The notes: a model not told the origin generated them from the letters alone. A stretch of DNA of 64,000 bases from an uncultured Gammaproteobacteria bacterium (GCA_964535655.1 CAZHTP010000001.1:250862-314861); one strand, 5' to 3'. Shown: positions 9,394 through 22,259, numbered from the stretch's first letter. Numbers and translations: made by a program.

Positions 9394-11187
9394 CTATTCC
9401 TGAGCAACACGCAGTACTTCTTCTAGAGTAGTTAATCCCTCCATAGCTTTCAAGTACCCGTCCTGCTTCATCGTTATCATGCCATCAGCTTTTGCCATGT
9501 TCTCGATTGATGATGCCGGTTGATGTTCCAAAATGAGTTTGCCAATTTTTTCTGTAACGACCAGAGTTTCATAAATACCAATTCGGCCTTTATATCCGGT
9601 ATTGCTACATTCTGCGCAACCTGCACCTTTATATAACTTTAATTCTTTGGAGGAAGTTTTTTTTGTCGGGGATTGAAGCGCAACAGGAGTCTCACTTTCT
9701 ACTACATCTGCTGCGCCGCGTTCTAGAGCTGCATCATACAGCGTATCTAGAACTCCTTTTAAATCTGCTTCAACTTCGGGCGGGGGAGCAAACTCGGTTT
9801 TACAGGTTGGACAAATTCTTCGCAAAACACGTTGTGCTTCGATAGCATTAACTGATGACGCAATGAGAAATGGCTCGCCGCCCATATCAAGAAGGCGAGG
9901 TAATGCTCCAGCGGCAGAATTAGTATGGATTGTTGAAAATACCAAGTGTCCAGTTAATGCTGCTTGGATAGCTAAATTAGCTGTTTCTCCGTCACGAATT
10001 TCTCCGACCATGATTACGTTTGGATCTTGACGCAAGAATGCGCGTAATCCGGATGCAAATGTTAATCCAGCCTGCGGGTTTACCTGCACTTGATTAACTC
10101 CAGCCATTTGATATTCAACGGGATCTTCAAGTGTAACAATATTGATTTTGGGAGAATTAGTTTTTGTTAGCAGCGAGTAGAGGGTTGTAGTTTTACCTGA
10201 TCCGGTTGGTCCTGTTACTAAGATAATTCCATGCGGCCGCAACGCTTGAGTTTCAAGATTTTTAAGAGTGGCTCCACGGAGTCCAAGATCGTTGAGTGAA
10301 GGAACACCACCGGTCTTTTTTAGAAGACGCATTACGATTTTTTCACCGTGTACCGTTGGTAATGTAGATACACGAAGATCAACTTCCTCAGATTCTAACT
10401 TAAAATTGAAGCGTCCATCTTGAGGTATGCGGCGTTCATCAATTTTCATATCCGACAGAATTTTGACTCGAGAAACGACTGCTTCGTGTACTTTTCTTGG
10501 TAATACTAATTTTTCTTGCAAAATGCCATCAATGCGATACCGAACTCGAGTCTTGTCTTCCAGCGGCTCTACGTGTACGTCTGAAGCACGAGCTTTAATT
10601 CCATACTCCAGAATAGTGGATACTATTTTTGCGACTGGTGCTTCGCGAATAACCTGGTCGGCTTTTTTTCGTTCTGCGTCATCTTGAACTTTTGTTGGCT
10701 GTTGAACGACGCCTGCTTCATTAAGCGCAGCATTTACATCTGAGGAAATGTTATGTGCATACTGTTCGTTGATAGCGTGTGTAATGCTATCTAATTCGGA
10801 CATGAATGGTTTAATTTTTAGCCCAGTTTTTTGTTCAATAAATTGAATTACCTGTGAGTCAAGCGGATCGACCATCGCTACACTTAATTCACTGTTTTCT
10901 AATCGAAAAGGAATGAGATTATACCTGCGTGCAATTTGTTCCGGAACGTAATTTAAAATTTCTGCACCAACTGCAACTGTTGAAATGTCGATGAAAGGTA
11001 TACCAATCATTTCTGCCTGCGTTTTTACTAATTGAATGGGAGATACTAAATTACTCTCAAGTAATATAGTTTCAATTGGTTTTTCGGTGTTGATCGCTTC
11101 AAGCTTTACTCGAGAGAGTTGCTCTTGATCAATTATTCCTTCTTTGTATAAAAAATCTTCAATGCCTTTAGGGGTAAGTACCTTCAT
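9394..11187 (-). CDS. pilB: Pilus assembly ATPase PilB (GspE family)
   Basis: ASDVHVEP, PQDGR, GPTGSGKTT, LRQDPNVIMVGEIRD, CPTC/CAEC Zn motif. Confidence 0.95.
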   Translation of the reverse strand: MKVLTPKGIEDFLYKEGIIDQEQLSRVKLEAINTEKPIETILLESNLVSPIQLVKTQAEMIGIPFIDISTVAVGAEILNYVPEQIARRYNLIPFRLENSELSVAMVDPLDSQVIQFIEQKTGLKIKPFMSELDSITHAINEQYAHNISSDVNAALNEAGVVQQPTKVQDDAERKKADQVIREAPVAKIVSTILEYGIKARASDVHVEPLEDKTRVRYRIDGILQEKLVLPRKVHEAVVSRVKILSDMKIDERRIPQDGRFNFKLESEEVDLRVSTLPTVHGEKIVMRLLKKTGGVPSLNDLGLRGATLKNLETQALRPHGIILVTGPTGSGKTTTLYSLLTKTNSPKINIVTLEDPVEYQMAGVNQVQVNPQAGLTFASGLRAFLRQDPNVIMVGEIRDGETANLAIQAALTGHLVFSTIHTNSAAGALPRLLDMGGEPFLIASSVNAIEAQRVLRRICPTCKTEFAPPPEVEADLKGVLDTLYDAALERGAADVVESETPVALQSPTKKTSSKELKLYKGAGCAECSNTGYKGRIGIYETLVVTEKIGKLILEHQPASSIENMAKADGMITMKQDGYLKAMEGLTTLEEVLRVAQE

Positions 11188-11246
11188 AAATTTTTGTGAT
11201 ATAGTAACTTCTGTTACTAACTTAGAGTAGGGGAAATGGTAATACT

Positions 11247-11951
11247 ATGTCAAGTATTGTAGGAATGACAGTTATCGTTGAAGGTGCGGATAGATATACT
11301 AGAATCAATTATATTAACGGCTTGATAAAAGAATCAAAGAAACAATATTCTTCGGTACTTGTTGATGCTCTCGAAGTAGAAAAAAACTCAGTAGGTATAG
11401 GGGAAATTAGAGATTTAATTGAAAAAAGTAACTATACTTCACTTTCGGCAAAACATCGTTTTTTTATTATACGTGATGCAAGTAAATTAACTGATCAGGC
11501 GCAAAATGCACTGTTAAAATTGTACGAAGAAGGTAGACCTGATAGCACCTATATCTTAGAGCTGGATTCCCACCAGTCTCTATTACCAACTATTTTGTCT
11601 CGAGCTGTTATATATGATGTCTCTCCTGGCGGGGAAGATACTCGGCTGGCTGCACTTATAGCCGCTCATTCGTTTCCTAAGAATGTTGACTTTAGATCTC
11701 TTAAATTGCTGGAATTATTTAAGCTGTGTGAGGAATATGGAAAAGATAGAAAGATTGCCGAGAACTTTACCGAATATTTGTCACTTTTGGTGCGAGATTC
11801 TCTGCGTTCTTCCAATACAGCACGACAAAAACAGTATTTATTATATAGTGAATTTCTCTTGCAAGCGAATGAATGGCTACGAGAGACGAATGTGAATGCC
11901 CGATTATTACTGGAAAATTGCATTTTAGGATGGTGGAATTGTAGTAATTAG
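11247..11951 (+). CDS. holB: DNA polymerase III delta-prime-like subunit (short form)
   Basis: VGIGEIRDL, ASKLTDQAQNALLKLYEE, LLPTILSR; no Zn module or Walker A visible. Confidence 0.7.
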   Translation: MSSIVGMTVIVEGADRYTRINYINGLIKESKKQYSSVLVDALEVEKNSVGIGEIRDLIEKSNYTSLSAKHRFFIIRDASKLTDQAQNALLKLYEEGRPDSTYILELDSHQSLLPTILSRAVIYDVSPGGEDTRLAALIAAHSFPKNVDFRSLKLLELFKLCEEYGKDRKIAENFTEYLSLLVRDSLRSSNTARQKQYLLYSEFLLQANEWLRETNVNARLLLENCILGWWNCSN

Positions 11952-11984
11952 CCTTTACTTTCGGTTTTTATTCGGATATAATAA

Positions 11985-14015
<2,031 letters not shown>

Positions 14016-14018
14016 CAT

Positions 14019-16730
14019 ATGGATATAAAAGATACTCAAGATAAACAGTTACAATTGGGTAAGGTTCATGACGTCTCGATTGTTGAAGAGATGCAAAAAT
14101 CTTATTTGGACTACGCGATGTCTGTTATTGTTTCGCGTGCTCTCCCCGATGTGCGTGATGGGTTAAAGCCAGTACAGCGTCGTATTATTTATGCGATGTT
14201 TAACTCTGGGTATGTGCATGCCCACCGTTACGAAAAATCGGCAGCCACGGTCGGAGAAGTTTTGAAGAACTTTCATCCACACGGTGATGTGCCTGTTTAT
14301 GATGCGATGGTTCGTATGGCACAGGAGTTTTCTTTACGCTATCCACTCATTGATGGTCAAGGGAACTTTGGTTCAATTGATGGAGATAGCCCCGCCGCGA
14401 TGCGTTACACTGAAGCGCGCTTAATGCTTATCGCTGAGGAAATGCTTCGTGATATTGAAAAAAACACTGTCCCTTTTATGCCGAACTATTCAGGAACAAC
14501 TTCTGAACCGACTGTATTGCCGTCTATTTTGCCTGCTCTTCTATTAAATGGTGCTTCTGGTATCGCTGTGGGTATGGCTACCAACATACCACCGCACAAT
14601 CTGGGGGAAGTAACTGACGCGCTACTCCATATTATCGATAATTTAGCTAAAAAACGAGCAAAACCTCGCTTATCTGAATCTTCTGATAGTGTAGCTAATA
14701 AAAAAGTCGAGGTAGGCGAGATAGTTGAAGCTTTTGCTGGGAAACAAGGTGAAACCCCTGAAGATACAGTCGAAAATACCATGCTTTTTGAGTCCGATGT
14801 CACCGTTGAAGAATTGATGGAGTTTATCAAAGGTCCCGATTTTCCTACTGCGGGATTTATTTATGATAATGACGAAATCACTCGAGCCTATGTTACTGGT
14901 CAAGGTCGTGTAGTGATGCGGGCAAAAGCTGATATAGAAGAAGTTAGAGGTGGTAAGTTTGCGATTATCGTGAGTCAGCTTCCGTATCAGGTGAATAAAG
15001 CTACTTTAATTGCCCGTATTGCTGATTTGCATAAAGAGAAAAAAATTGAAGGTATTTCAGTGCTTCAAGATGAATCTGATCGAGAAGGTATCCGTGTCTA
15101 TATTGAATTGAAACGAGATGCCAATCCACAGTCTGTTTTAAATAATTTATATAAACAGACAGCAATGCAGTCGACATTCAATGTTAACATGGTCGCCTTG
15201 TCGGATACAGGTGTCCCACGACTCATGAACCTTAAGATGATTCTTGAATCATTTATTCAGCATCGGTATGTAGTTGTTAGGCGAAGAACGGAATTTGAAC
15301 TAGAACAGGCACGCGCTCGTGCACACATTTTAGAAGGATTACTTATTGCGGTTGATCATATTGATGAAGTAATCAAAATAATTCGCCAAAGCGCTGATGC
15401 TGATGAAGCACGAACTAAACTGATGGAACGTTTCAAACTATCTGAAATTCAAGCAACAGCTATTTTGGATATGCAGCTTCGCAAACTGGCTGCTCTTGAG
15501 CGTAAAAAGCTTGAGGATGAATATGCAGTACTTAAAGAGACTATTGAATATTTGATGGATCTCTTAGCTCATCCAACTAAAGTGCTTGGTGTTATCAAGC
15601 AGGAACTTAAGAAGCTACGAGAAAAATATGCTGATGATCGAAGAACGGTTGTATATAAGTCTCGAGTAGGTGAATTAGCAGAGGAAGACCTTGTTCCAAA
15701 TGAACCTACTATAGTTACTGTTACGCAGTCAGGCTATGTAAAGCGCCAAGGACTGGATTCGTTCCGTACCCAAAGTAGAGGAGGACGTGGGGTGTCGGGT
15801 ATCACCACTAAAGAAGAAGATGTGGTATCTCATTTGTTTGCATGCAAAACACACGACAATATTATGTTCTTTAGTAACAAAGGTAAAGTTTTTCAAATCC
15901 GTGTATTTGATATTCCCGAGTCTAGCAGGATTGCTAAAGGTCAGGCACTTGTAAACTTAATTAATATCGAGCAAGGTGAACAGATTACTGCAATTCTTAC
16001 TGCTACTTCAGCAAAGAATGCAAAAGGTAAAATGGGTATTCATATTGGCGAAGGTGAAGCAGGTATTAGCGAAGAGCATGTGAATGGAACTGAGGAGATT
16101 GTTTCTGAAGTTGCAACCAAAGAAACTAAATTTCTGCTCATGGGTACTAAACTTGGTACAATCAAAAAAACGCCAATCAGTGAATTTGCAAGTATTCGAA
16201 AGTCTGGATTAATTGCTATTAAACTAAATGCTGGAGATGAATTACGCTTTGTAAAGCCAAGTACTGGAAGCGATAAAATTATTTTGGTGACTGGTCTTGG
16301 ATCTTCAATAAATTTTAAGGAAGATGAAGTTCGTGATACTGCTCGAGACACTGCAGGTGTACGCGGTATTAAACTTAAAGAAAAAGACACCATGGTTGGC
16401 ATGATCGTTTATAATGATCCAAAATTGAAGTTAGTTACTATTATGCATCGTGGACTTGGAAAGATGACGGCAATTAGTGATTGGCCACTTCAGGCCCGTG
16501 GAGGTCAAGGAGTTAAAGCGGCCAATATTACTGATAAAACAGGACGTATTGTGAGCGCTCAATTGATAAAAGCCGGTCATGATGGATTGGTTTTGACCTC
16601 ACTTAAAGGCGTTGTTATAAAATTAAATCTTAAAGATGTGCCAACACTCGGACGCCAGACTCAAGGAGTTATCCTGATGCGTATCTCGACAACTGGTGGC
16701 GATGGGATTGCAGCTGCGACCGTCTTGTAA
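14019..16730 (+). CDS. gyrA: DNA gyrase subunit A
   Basis: [24 protein letters not shown] (catalytic Tyr), GyrA-box QSRGGRG. Confidence 0.97.
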   Translation: MDIKDTQDKQLQLGKVHDVSIVEEMQKSYLDYAMSVIVSRALPDVRDGLKPVQRRIIYAMFNSGYVHAHRYEKSAATVGEVLKNFHPHGDVPVYDAMVRMAQEFSLRYPLIDGQGNFGSIDGDSPAAMRYTEARLMLIAEEMLRDIEKNTVPFMPNYSGTTSEPTVLPSILPALLLNGASGIAVGMATNIPPHNLGEVTDALLHIIDNLAKKRAKPRLSESSDSVANKKVEVGEIVEAFAGKQGETPEDTVENTMLFESDVTVEELMEFIKGPDFPTAGFIYDNDEITRAYVTGQGRVVMRAKADIEEVRGGKFAIIVSQLPYQVNKATLIARIADLHKEKKIEGISVLQDESDREGIRVYIELKRDANPQSVLNNLYKQTAMQSTFNVNMVALSDTGVPRLMNLKMILESFIQHRYVVVRRRTEFELEQARARAHILEGLLIAVDHIDEVIKIIRQSADADEARTKLMERFKLSEIQATAILDMQLRKLAALERKKLEDEYAVLKETIEYLMDLLAHPTKVLGVIKQELKKLREKYADDRRTVVYKSRVGELAEEDLVPNEPTIVTVTQSGYVKRQGLDSFRTQSRGGRGVSGITTKEEDVVSHLFACKTHDNIMFFSNKGKVFQIRVFDIPESSRIAKGQALVNLINIEQGEQITAILTATSAKNAKGKMGIHIGEGEAGISEEHVNGTEEIVSEVATKETKFLLMGTKLGTIKKTPISEFASIRKSGLIAIKLNAGDELRFVKPSTGSDKIILVTGLGSSINFKEDEVRDTARDTAGVRGIKLKEKDTMVGMIVYNDPKLKLVTIMHRGLGKMTAISDWPLQARGGQGVKAANITDKTGRIVSAQLIKAGHDGLVLTSLKGVVIKLNLKDVPTLGRQTQGVILMRISTTGGDGIAAATVL

Positions 16731-16762
16731 GCGCCATTTAAAGCACCTACAATAAGTAGACG

Positions 16763-17368
16763 ATGTATGCTTATTTAAGAAGCCTTAGAAAATTCGATCA
16801 GCGTGGCTTTACGCTTGTTGAGATGCTGATCGTTCTTACCCTGGTGGCGCTTATTGTGTTAATTATGTTGCCGTTTTATAGGCGATATATTGCCGAGACC
16901 GAACTTAAAAATATAACTGTTCGAATACGTAACGTTTTGCGTGATTCACAGAATAAGGCTTTGAATGGAGTTACTTCGTCAGATGGAACAGTAGTTCATT
17001 GGGTTGTCCATGTTCATAATAATAGCCTTCATTATGAGTATGAAGTGGGAGGATGCCCGGTAACTGTTAATCCGGCAAATGCTTACTACGATGTGCGTTA
17101 CCAGTTCATGAACTGTAACATCAAGGATTATAAACAGGTAGACTTTCCGCCTCGCTTTTCCGTTACCCATCAGTATTCACTGTCTTACCCTGAAGTAAAT
17201 ATTTTCTTTGCAAATATAAATGGTACTGTAGTAATTTATGATGCTAATGGTGATGAAATCGGGAATAACATTGATATTCAGATTACTTCAGATGATTATG
17301 ATAATCTGTATACCATCTTTCATGTTAATGCTCAGGGCGGTGTTTTTGAAGAAACGGTGGTTAATTAG
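16763..17368 (+). CDS. Prepilin-type protein (FimT-like) outside the main pilus locus
   Basis: RG|FTLVEMLIVL...LRDSQNKAL. Confidence 0.8.
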   Translation: MYAYLRSLRKFDQRGFTLVEMLIVLTLVALIVLIMLPFYRRYIAETELKNITVRIRNVLRDSQNKALNGVTSSDGTVVHWVVHVHNNSLHYEYEVGGCPVTVNPANAYYDVRYQFMNCNIKDYKQVDFPPRFSVTHQYSLSYPEVNIFFANINGTVVIYDANGDEIGNNIDIQITSDDYDNLYTIFHVNAQGGVFEETVVN

Positions 17369-17373
17369 ATACT

Positions 17374-18309
17374 TTATTTGTTTCCACTGTGAAAGGTGTC
17401 GTGTACATCCTTAAGATGCTGATTGGAAACATTAGTATAGACTTGTGTTGTAGTAATAGTTTTATGTCCCAACATTTCTTGTATTGAACGCAGATCAGCT
17501 CCATTAACCAGTAAATCAGTGGCAAACGAATGTCGTAACACATGTGGGGTGGTATTAATCGAAATTTTAGCTTTTTTAGCATATTTTTGAACTATGCGCT
17601 GAATAGAGCGTTGAGTTAAGCGCATTTTTTCGCCATTCATAGTAACATCAATTCCGCGCGAATACCGAATAAATAAAGGAGACCAGGTATCTAGTCTTGT
17701 TTGAAGATATCTATTTATCCAATATACTGCGTCGTCGGTAAAGAAAACAATTCGAGCACGCCCACCTTTACCAATGATAGTAATCTGTCGCTTACTTAAA
17801 TCCAATTTATCTCTATCTAGCTTGATTAATTCACTCACACGAAGTCCGGTACTGAAAAGGGTTTCTAAAATTGCTTTATCTCTTTGGCCTAAGGTATCTG
17901 AAAGATCGATGCTATTTAATAATTTATAGAGCTGATCTTTATCAAGTGCTAGCACCTCTCGAGATTGAGCCTTAGGAAGGTCAATTTTCTCAGGGGTTAA
18001 GGTATGAACGTCATTCTTCATAAGATAGCGAAGAAATGACCTAATTGCGATGATGTAATAATTTTGAGTTAAGCGCTTTAAAGTCTGCCCTTTGTCATCC
18101 GTATATGAGGCTAGATAAACTCGATATTGTTTAATTAATGGTAAATCGATGTGTTGAGGGGTAGGGGGGATATTTTCGCTTTCCATCCAGTCTTTGAATC
18201 GTTCTAAATAATGTTTGTAGTTTCTGATGGTGAGTAGGGAAGAGCCCTTCTCAATTTGCAGATGACTAAGGAAATCTTCAATGTAATCGTCAAGAGACTG
18301 GTGGGGCAT
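17374..18309 (-). CDS. Xer-family tyrosine recombinase
   Basis: N-terminal SAM-like domain (TIRNYKHYL); GLRVSEL, GKGG, HVLRH, LGH, TTQVYT, so all catalytic residues are present. Confidence 0.92.
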   Translation of the reverse strand: MPHQSLDDYIEDFLSHLQIEKGSSLLTIRNYKHYLERFKDWMESENIPPTPQHIDLPLIKQYRVYLASYTDDKGQTLKRLTQNYYIIAIRSFLRYLMKNDVHTLTPEKIDLPKAQSREVLALDKDQLYKLLNSIDLSDTLGQRDKAILETLFSTGLRVSELIKLDRDKLDLSKRQITIIGKGGRARIVFFTDDAVYWINRYLQTRLDTWSPLFIRYSRGIDVTMNGEKMRLTQRSIQRIVQKYAKKAKISINTTPHVLRHSFATDLLVNGADLRSIQEMLGHKTITTTQVYTNVSNQHLKDVHDTFHSGNK

Positions 18310-18707
18310 TACTTATTTTATAACATACTATAGGGATTCGTGGAAAGAGGATTTACACGCGATATTTAAATTGTGCGACATGACTTTAAGTGAGATAGAG
18401 AAGGAGAGATGCGGCAAAGCAGTATCTTTTAGCGTAATATTTTCCCCTTTTATGTTTCTTAATTGAGTGGTGTTTATAGTAGGTAATATCGTCGTTTTAC
18501 TAGACTGAGGTTGCTGTTAAAATTTAGGCTCAATATATATATTTTTAAATACTATATATTTCAATACATTGGTATGATTTATAAGATAATGAATATTAAA
18601 GGCTAAAACGACCTTCTGTGGTGACTCCTAAGCGCTTTGATTTACAAGGTAATGCAACTAGATTACTTCTTTCTGATACCCCTTAGGGCTATGTTGGGGT
18701 ACGTGCT

Positions 18708-18735
18708 GTGTCGTAAAAGAATTATTGTGCGACAT
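18708..18735. other. Putative dif-like Xer recombination site
   Basis: GTGTCGTAAAA-GAATTA-TTGTGCGACAT, an 11-6-11 imperfect palindrome ~400 bp upstream of xer. ATTGTGCGACAT is repeated exactly at 18370-18381. Confidence 0.6.
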
Positions 18736-18786
18736 TATACTATTTTTGATTTAAATACTCGTTTCTTTTTACTACACTACTCTTCT

Positions 18787-19578
18787 TTACCCTTGCCATT
18801 GAATTGAGAGAATCATAAATACAAATACAATAAATGCAGCTAAGGTATATTCTATTGCAACTTTTCGAGTCAATTTCTTTTCATTGTAGTGATGTACCAA
18901 TCCGAGCAATACATAATAGATAGATACTAGAAACAAGGTTGCATATATGGTCGAGATGGCGTAGAAATTGATTATGATCCCTATTTGTGCAAATACCAGT
19001 ATTACTACGCAAGTATAAAGGAGGGTCTTTAACGTGAATTTGGGGGTTAATTCAAAGGACCACAGGAATTGTAAGGTTAGTAAAGTAACGACTGTGCATA
19101 TCAACAGTACATTCTCAACTATTTGTAGCCTCAAAGTGAGAACAAACCAAAAGAGGAAAACTGAGGTTACTAAGGTAATTATGTAGCAAAACACGTTTGC
19201 CATGCGTAGTAGCTGAATAGTCCTAATTCCCGATACATTGAAGATATTTTCAGTAAGATATATTGAGTAAATGCAAACTGGTACAAGCGCGTATAAAGGC
19301 CATCGGTATATTTTCCGTTCAGGGACAATAGAAATAAACAATCCTGCGCCGATGGTAAACAGTATTGGCAAGATAAACAATGTTATATATTCAATGCCAG
19401 AGAGATCTTCTTTAAGTGCAAAGATACTTATTAAATAACTCATGGCAATATAGATTGCTACAATTATTGGTCCATAATTTTTAAGCAGCTGCGGAAAGAA
19501 AAATACTGCAATTGTTATAAAAATACTGGCAATTATGAATCTTTTACGCTTTGTTAATGGAAATTTAGCTTTTGTCAT
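18787..19578 (-). CDS. Multi-pass membrane protein of unknown function
   Basis: About 9 hydrophobic segments. Confidence 0.75.
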   Translation of the reverse strand: MTKAKFPLTKRKRFIIASIFITIAVFFFPQLLKNYGPIIVAIYIAMSYLISIFALKEDLSGIEYITLFILPILFTIGAGLFISIVPERKIYRWPLYALVPVCIYSIYLTENIFNVSGIRTIQLLRMANVFCYIITLVTSVFLFWFVLTLRLQIVENVLLICTVVTLLTLQFLWSFELTPKFTLKTLLYTCVVILVFAQIGIIINFYAISTIYATLFLVSIYYVLLGLVHHYNEKKLTRKVAIEYTLAAFIVFVFMILSIQWQG

Positions 19579-19663
19579 ACTTGCACTATTTTACCATACT
19601 TTCCTACTATTACGTTATTCTCCCCTCTTAAAAAGAGGTTATTGCAATACTGTAATATTGTGC

Positions 19664-19693
19664 TTGACAAGTTCTTATTTGAGTAGGTACTAT
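19664..19693 (+). promoter_or_regulatory. sigma70 promoter, probably giving a leaderless mRNA
   Basis: TTGACA-18-TACTAT-7 nt-ATG 19701. Confidence 0.65.
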
Positions 19694-19700
19694 TTCAGAT

Positions 19701-20432
19701 ATGATTCAATCTGCCCTTGTACAAAAAGCTATTAAAGCGGCGCTGCAATCCGAATGGGATAGCGCAATAGAATTAAATCAGCAATTGCTTGAACAAAATC
19801 CTCAGGATCTAGAGTCTCTTAATAGACTCGCTCGAGCTTACCTTGAGCTTGGAGATATTGCAAGATCTAAGAAAACATACAAAGAGGTTCTTACTTTAGA
19901 TCCGTATAATGTTATCGCATTAAAAAATGTTAAAAGATTTCAGTCTATTAAAGGAAGTACCACGGAAATCTCAAACAAAATAGTTAAGTCTTTAAAAAAT
20001 AATCCTAATTCTTCAGCACACATTACTTTTATTGAAGAACCTGGAAAAACTAAAGTAACTCAGTTGGTCCGACCTGCGTCCCCAGCGACTTTATTTACTC
20101 TTCATTCAGGCGAAAGAGCAGTCTTAGTTCCCAAAGCTCGTGGAATTCAGATAATGACTGAATCAAATGTTTATGTAGGACGATTGCCTGATGATCTTGC
20201 CTTTCAATTGCAATACTTTATTAAAAGCGGTAATACGTACGAAGCTTATATAAAACAGGTTCTCCAAAATGCAGTGTATGTTTTTATACGTGAGGTCACG
20301 CGGGCTGATGCGTTTGCGAACAGGCCATCCTTTGCACTTAATAATGAGAAATATATTTCCGCATCTCCCGTCGATTTAGAAACACCTGATCCCATTGAAG
20401 AAGATACTGATGGTAATGATGAAGATCAGTAA
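19701..20432 (+). CDS. TPR-repeat protein with possible HIRAN-like C-terminal domain
   Basis: AIELNQQLL...LNRLARAYLELG...YKEVLTLDPYN TPRs; YVGRLPDDLA...GNTYEAYI; acidic tail. Confidence 0.7.
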   Translation: MIQSALVQKAIKAALQSEWDSAIELNQQLLEQNPQDLESLNRLARAYLELGDIARSKKTYKEVLTLDPYNVIALKNVKRFQSIKGSTTEISNKIVKSLKNNPNSSAHITFIEEPGKTKVTQLVRPASPATLFTLHSGERAVLVPKARGIQIMTESNVYVGRLPDDLAFQLQYFIKSGNTYEAYIKQVLQNAVYVFIREVTRADAFANRPSFALNNEKYISASPVDLETPDPIEEDTDGNDEDQ

Positions 20433-21013
20433 GCTATTACTTTTTGTTGGATGAGTGAATATATTCGATCATGAGATACTAGTTCGGCATTTTTGTCGGC
20501 TACTTTGCTAACAAATTGCTCCCATTTATAGGAATCAATTCCGCTTGTTAAGTAGTTTGGGGGAGTTTTTTTAAGGCCTCTCACAGTCACAAAAGCGATA
20601 TTCTGAGCCTTCCCTTTTATGACGAGTTGATGAGCGAGTACGGTGCTATAAATATTTTCGGAGTCGTCAATAATGTATTCTGAAGAATACTGAATACTCC
20701 AAATGGGGTTAATAGGTGTTAGTAGATCACCAATTTCAGGAGAAATATATAGAGAAGTTGGTAAATGAAGTAGAAACTCCATCTGCTCTCCTAAAAATAC
20801 TATTTCTAGGGTTATTTGTGTTTTATCCTTGTGCAGTTGTGGCAGTACTTGTATCAGTATTTCAGGTAGTTTTTCTGCCTTTGTAATCAAATAATTTATA
20901 TATATTGAGTTATTCTGTTTTTTATGAGTGGCATGTTTTTCATCGATGAGTGTTTTCATCGATCTCAGCGATATGACAGAAGCAGATATGGTGACTAAAA
21001 CTGCAATCCACAT
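20426..21013 (-). CDS. Hypothetical protein with N-terminal membrane anchor
   Basis: 195-aa ORF with TATAAT 6 nt upstream of the ATG. Confidence 0.55.
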   Translation of the reverse strand: MWIAVLVTISASVISLRSMKTLIDEKHATHKKQNNSIYINYLITKAEKLPEILIQVLPQLHKDKTQITLEIVFLGEQMEFLLHLPTSLYISPEIGDLLTPINPIWSIQYSSEYIIDDSENIYSTVLAHQLVIKGKAQNIAFVTVRGLKKTPPNYLTSGIDSYKWEQFVSKVADKNAELVSHDRIYSLIQQKVIAY

Positions 21014-21055
21014 TCCCTTATTATACTATAGGCTTTTAAGGAGAGCAAGAAATTT

Positions 21056-22129
21056 CTATTCATTTGAACCAGTAATAAAGGTGGCGTAATCTTTTCCAAG
21101 TGAAACGATAATATCTGATTTTGTGCCAGGGCTATTTTCGGTTTCTATTTTAGCGCTAGGAAGAGATTTTATTATTTTTTGTAACGTTATAGATTGTAAC
21201 CACTTTTTATCGCTAACTATAACTTTTGTAGTGTTACTTTGAATTTCACTATTATGTAGATCGATTACCATCCCGCCCATATTGGTTAAGATTCGAGCAA
21301 CTCCTCGAGCTAGTCCTTGTGTTGTGGTAGCATTCTCTATGGAAATATTAGCCTTCTCATCAATAACATCTTTATTCTCAAAAGCTTTTTTAATATAAGT
21401 ATCTAATTTATTTTGATCGGTTTCAATGCTTTGGGTTTTATCTACGTTTGTCTTGACAATTCCAATATCATTATCGAGAATTGAAATAGAAGTTTTGTTT
21501 GGTTCTGGTATTTTCTGAATAGTTCTTGCCAATTTAAGCATCTCTAAGCGCGTTGTATTCCCGCTTAAATGCTGTTCAGACCAGTTTGAATCAAATGCCA
21601 AATGAAACAGTATCATGGGGTTCGCGAGCCATTCGTATACAGGCGTATCATTCTCTGTATTAAGGCGTATGTAGATATTTTTTGTGCTAACCCCAAAATA
21701 ATCAGTCAATGTTTGTTTTATCAGTGCTAGCGGGTTTGCTGGCTTTTCTAGTTGTGCGATCTTATACAAAGACTTTAATTTAAAATCTTTCAAACCATAC
21801 GGAAGATGAATGTTTGTGCTTTCAGGTAGGGAAAGTTCTTTTACCGTGGTATCATCTTCATCAATTGCGGTTAATCGAGCACTGCGGATATAGTGTTCAT
21901 AATCTACGGTTATTGTAAAAAAAGCAAATTGGGTATCTTCTGTTTGGATATCAATATGTTCTTCGGCTGCAAAAGTGGAGATAGGCTTGTAGATGTCTCG
22001 CATCGACCAAACACCATAAACTACTATACCAGCTGTTGTAATTAATCCCATAGTTATTAGAAAAGTTGTTACCCTTCTCTTGACGTGTTTTAAGCTTTTT
22101 ATTTTTTTCGATTTACGTTTCTTAACCAT
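21056..22129 (-). CDS. LCP-like protein with LytR C-terminal domain
   Basis: Basic N-terminus plus one TM; C-terminal ISIENATTTQGLARGVARIL...DIIVSLGKDY. Confidence 0.75.
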   Translation of the reverse strand: MVKKRKSKKIKSLKHVKRRVTTFLITMGLITTAGIVVYGVWSMRDIYKPISTFAAEEHIDIQTEDTQFAFFTITVDYEHYIRSARLTAIDEDDTTVKELSLPESTNIHLPYGLKDFKLKSLYKIAQLEKPANPLALIKQTLTDYFGVSTKNIYIRLNTENDTPVYEWLANPMILFHLAFDSNWSEQHLSGNTTRLEMLKLARTIQKIPEPNKTSISILDNDIGIVKTNVDKTQSIETDQNKLDTYIKKAFENKDVIDEKANISIENATTTQGLARGVARILTNMGGMVIDLHNSEIQSNTTKVIVSDKKWLQSITLQKIIKSLPSAKIETENSPGTKSDIIVSLGKDYATFITGSNE

Positions 22130-22259
22130 AATTCTTTTTGGGATGAGTAGTATTTGTATACTCAACGATAGAGCTCTTGATAATCTCTGTCAAATAAATT
22201 CGTATATTATTTGGGTATATGCGTAGTATACTCACTTTATATACAAGGAGGGTGTGCGT

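Noticed and set aside
16763-18309. Pilin next to a tyrosine recombinase as a shufflon or pilin-inversion system
   Set aside because: No repeated crossover sites or partial pilin cassettes seen. The recombinase looks like a housekeeping Xer, and pilin 5' ends share only protein-level similarity.
18382-18707. AT-rich gap as oriC
   Set aside because: No DnaA boxes (TTATCCACA-like) seen and no dnaA nearby.
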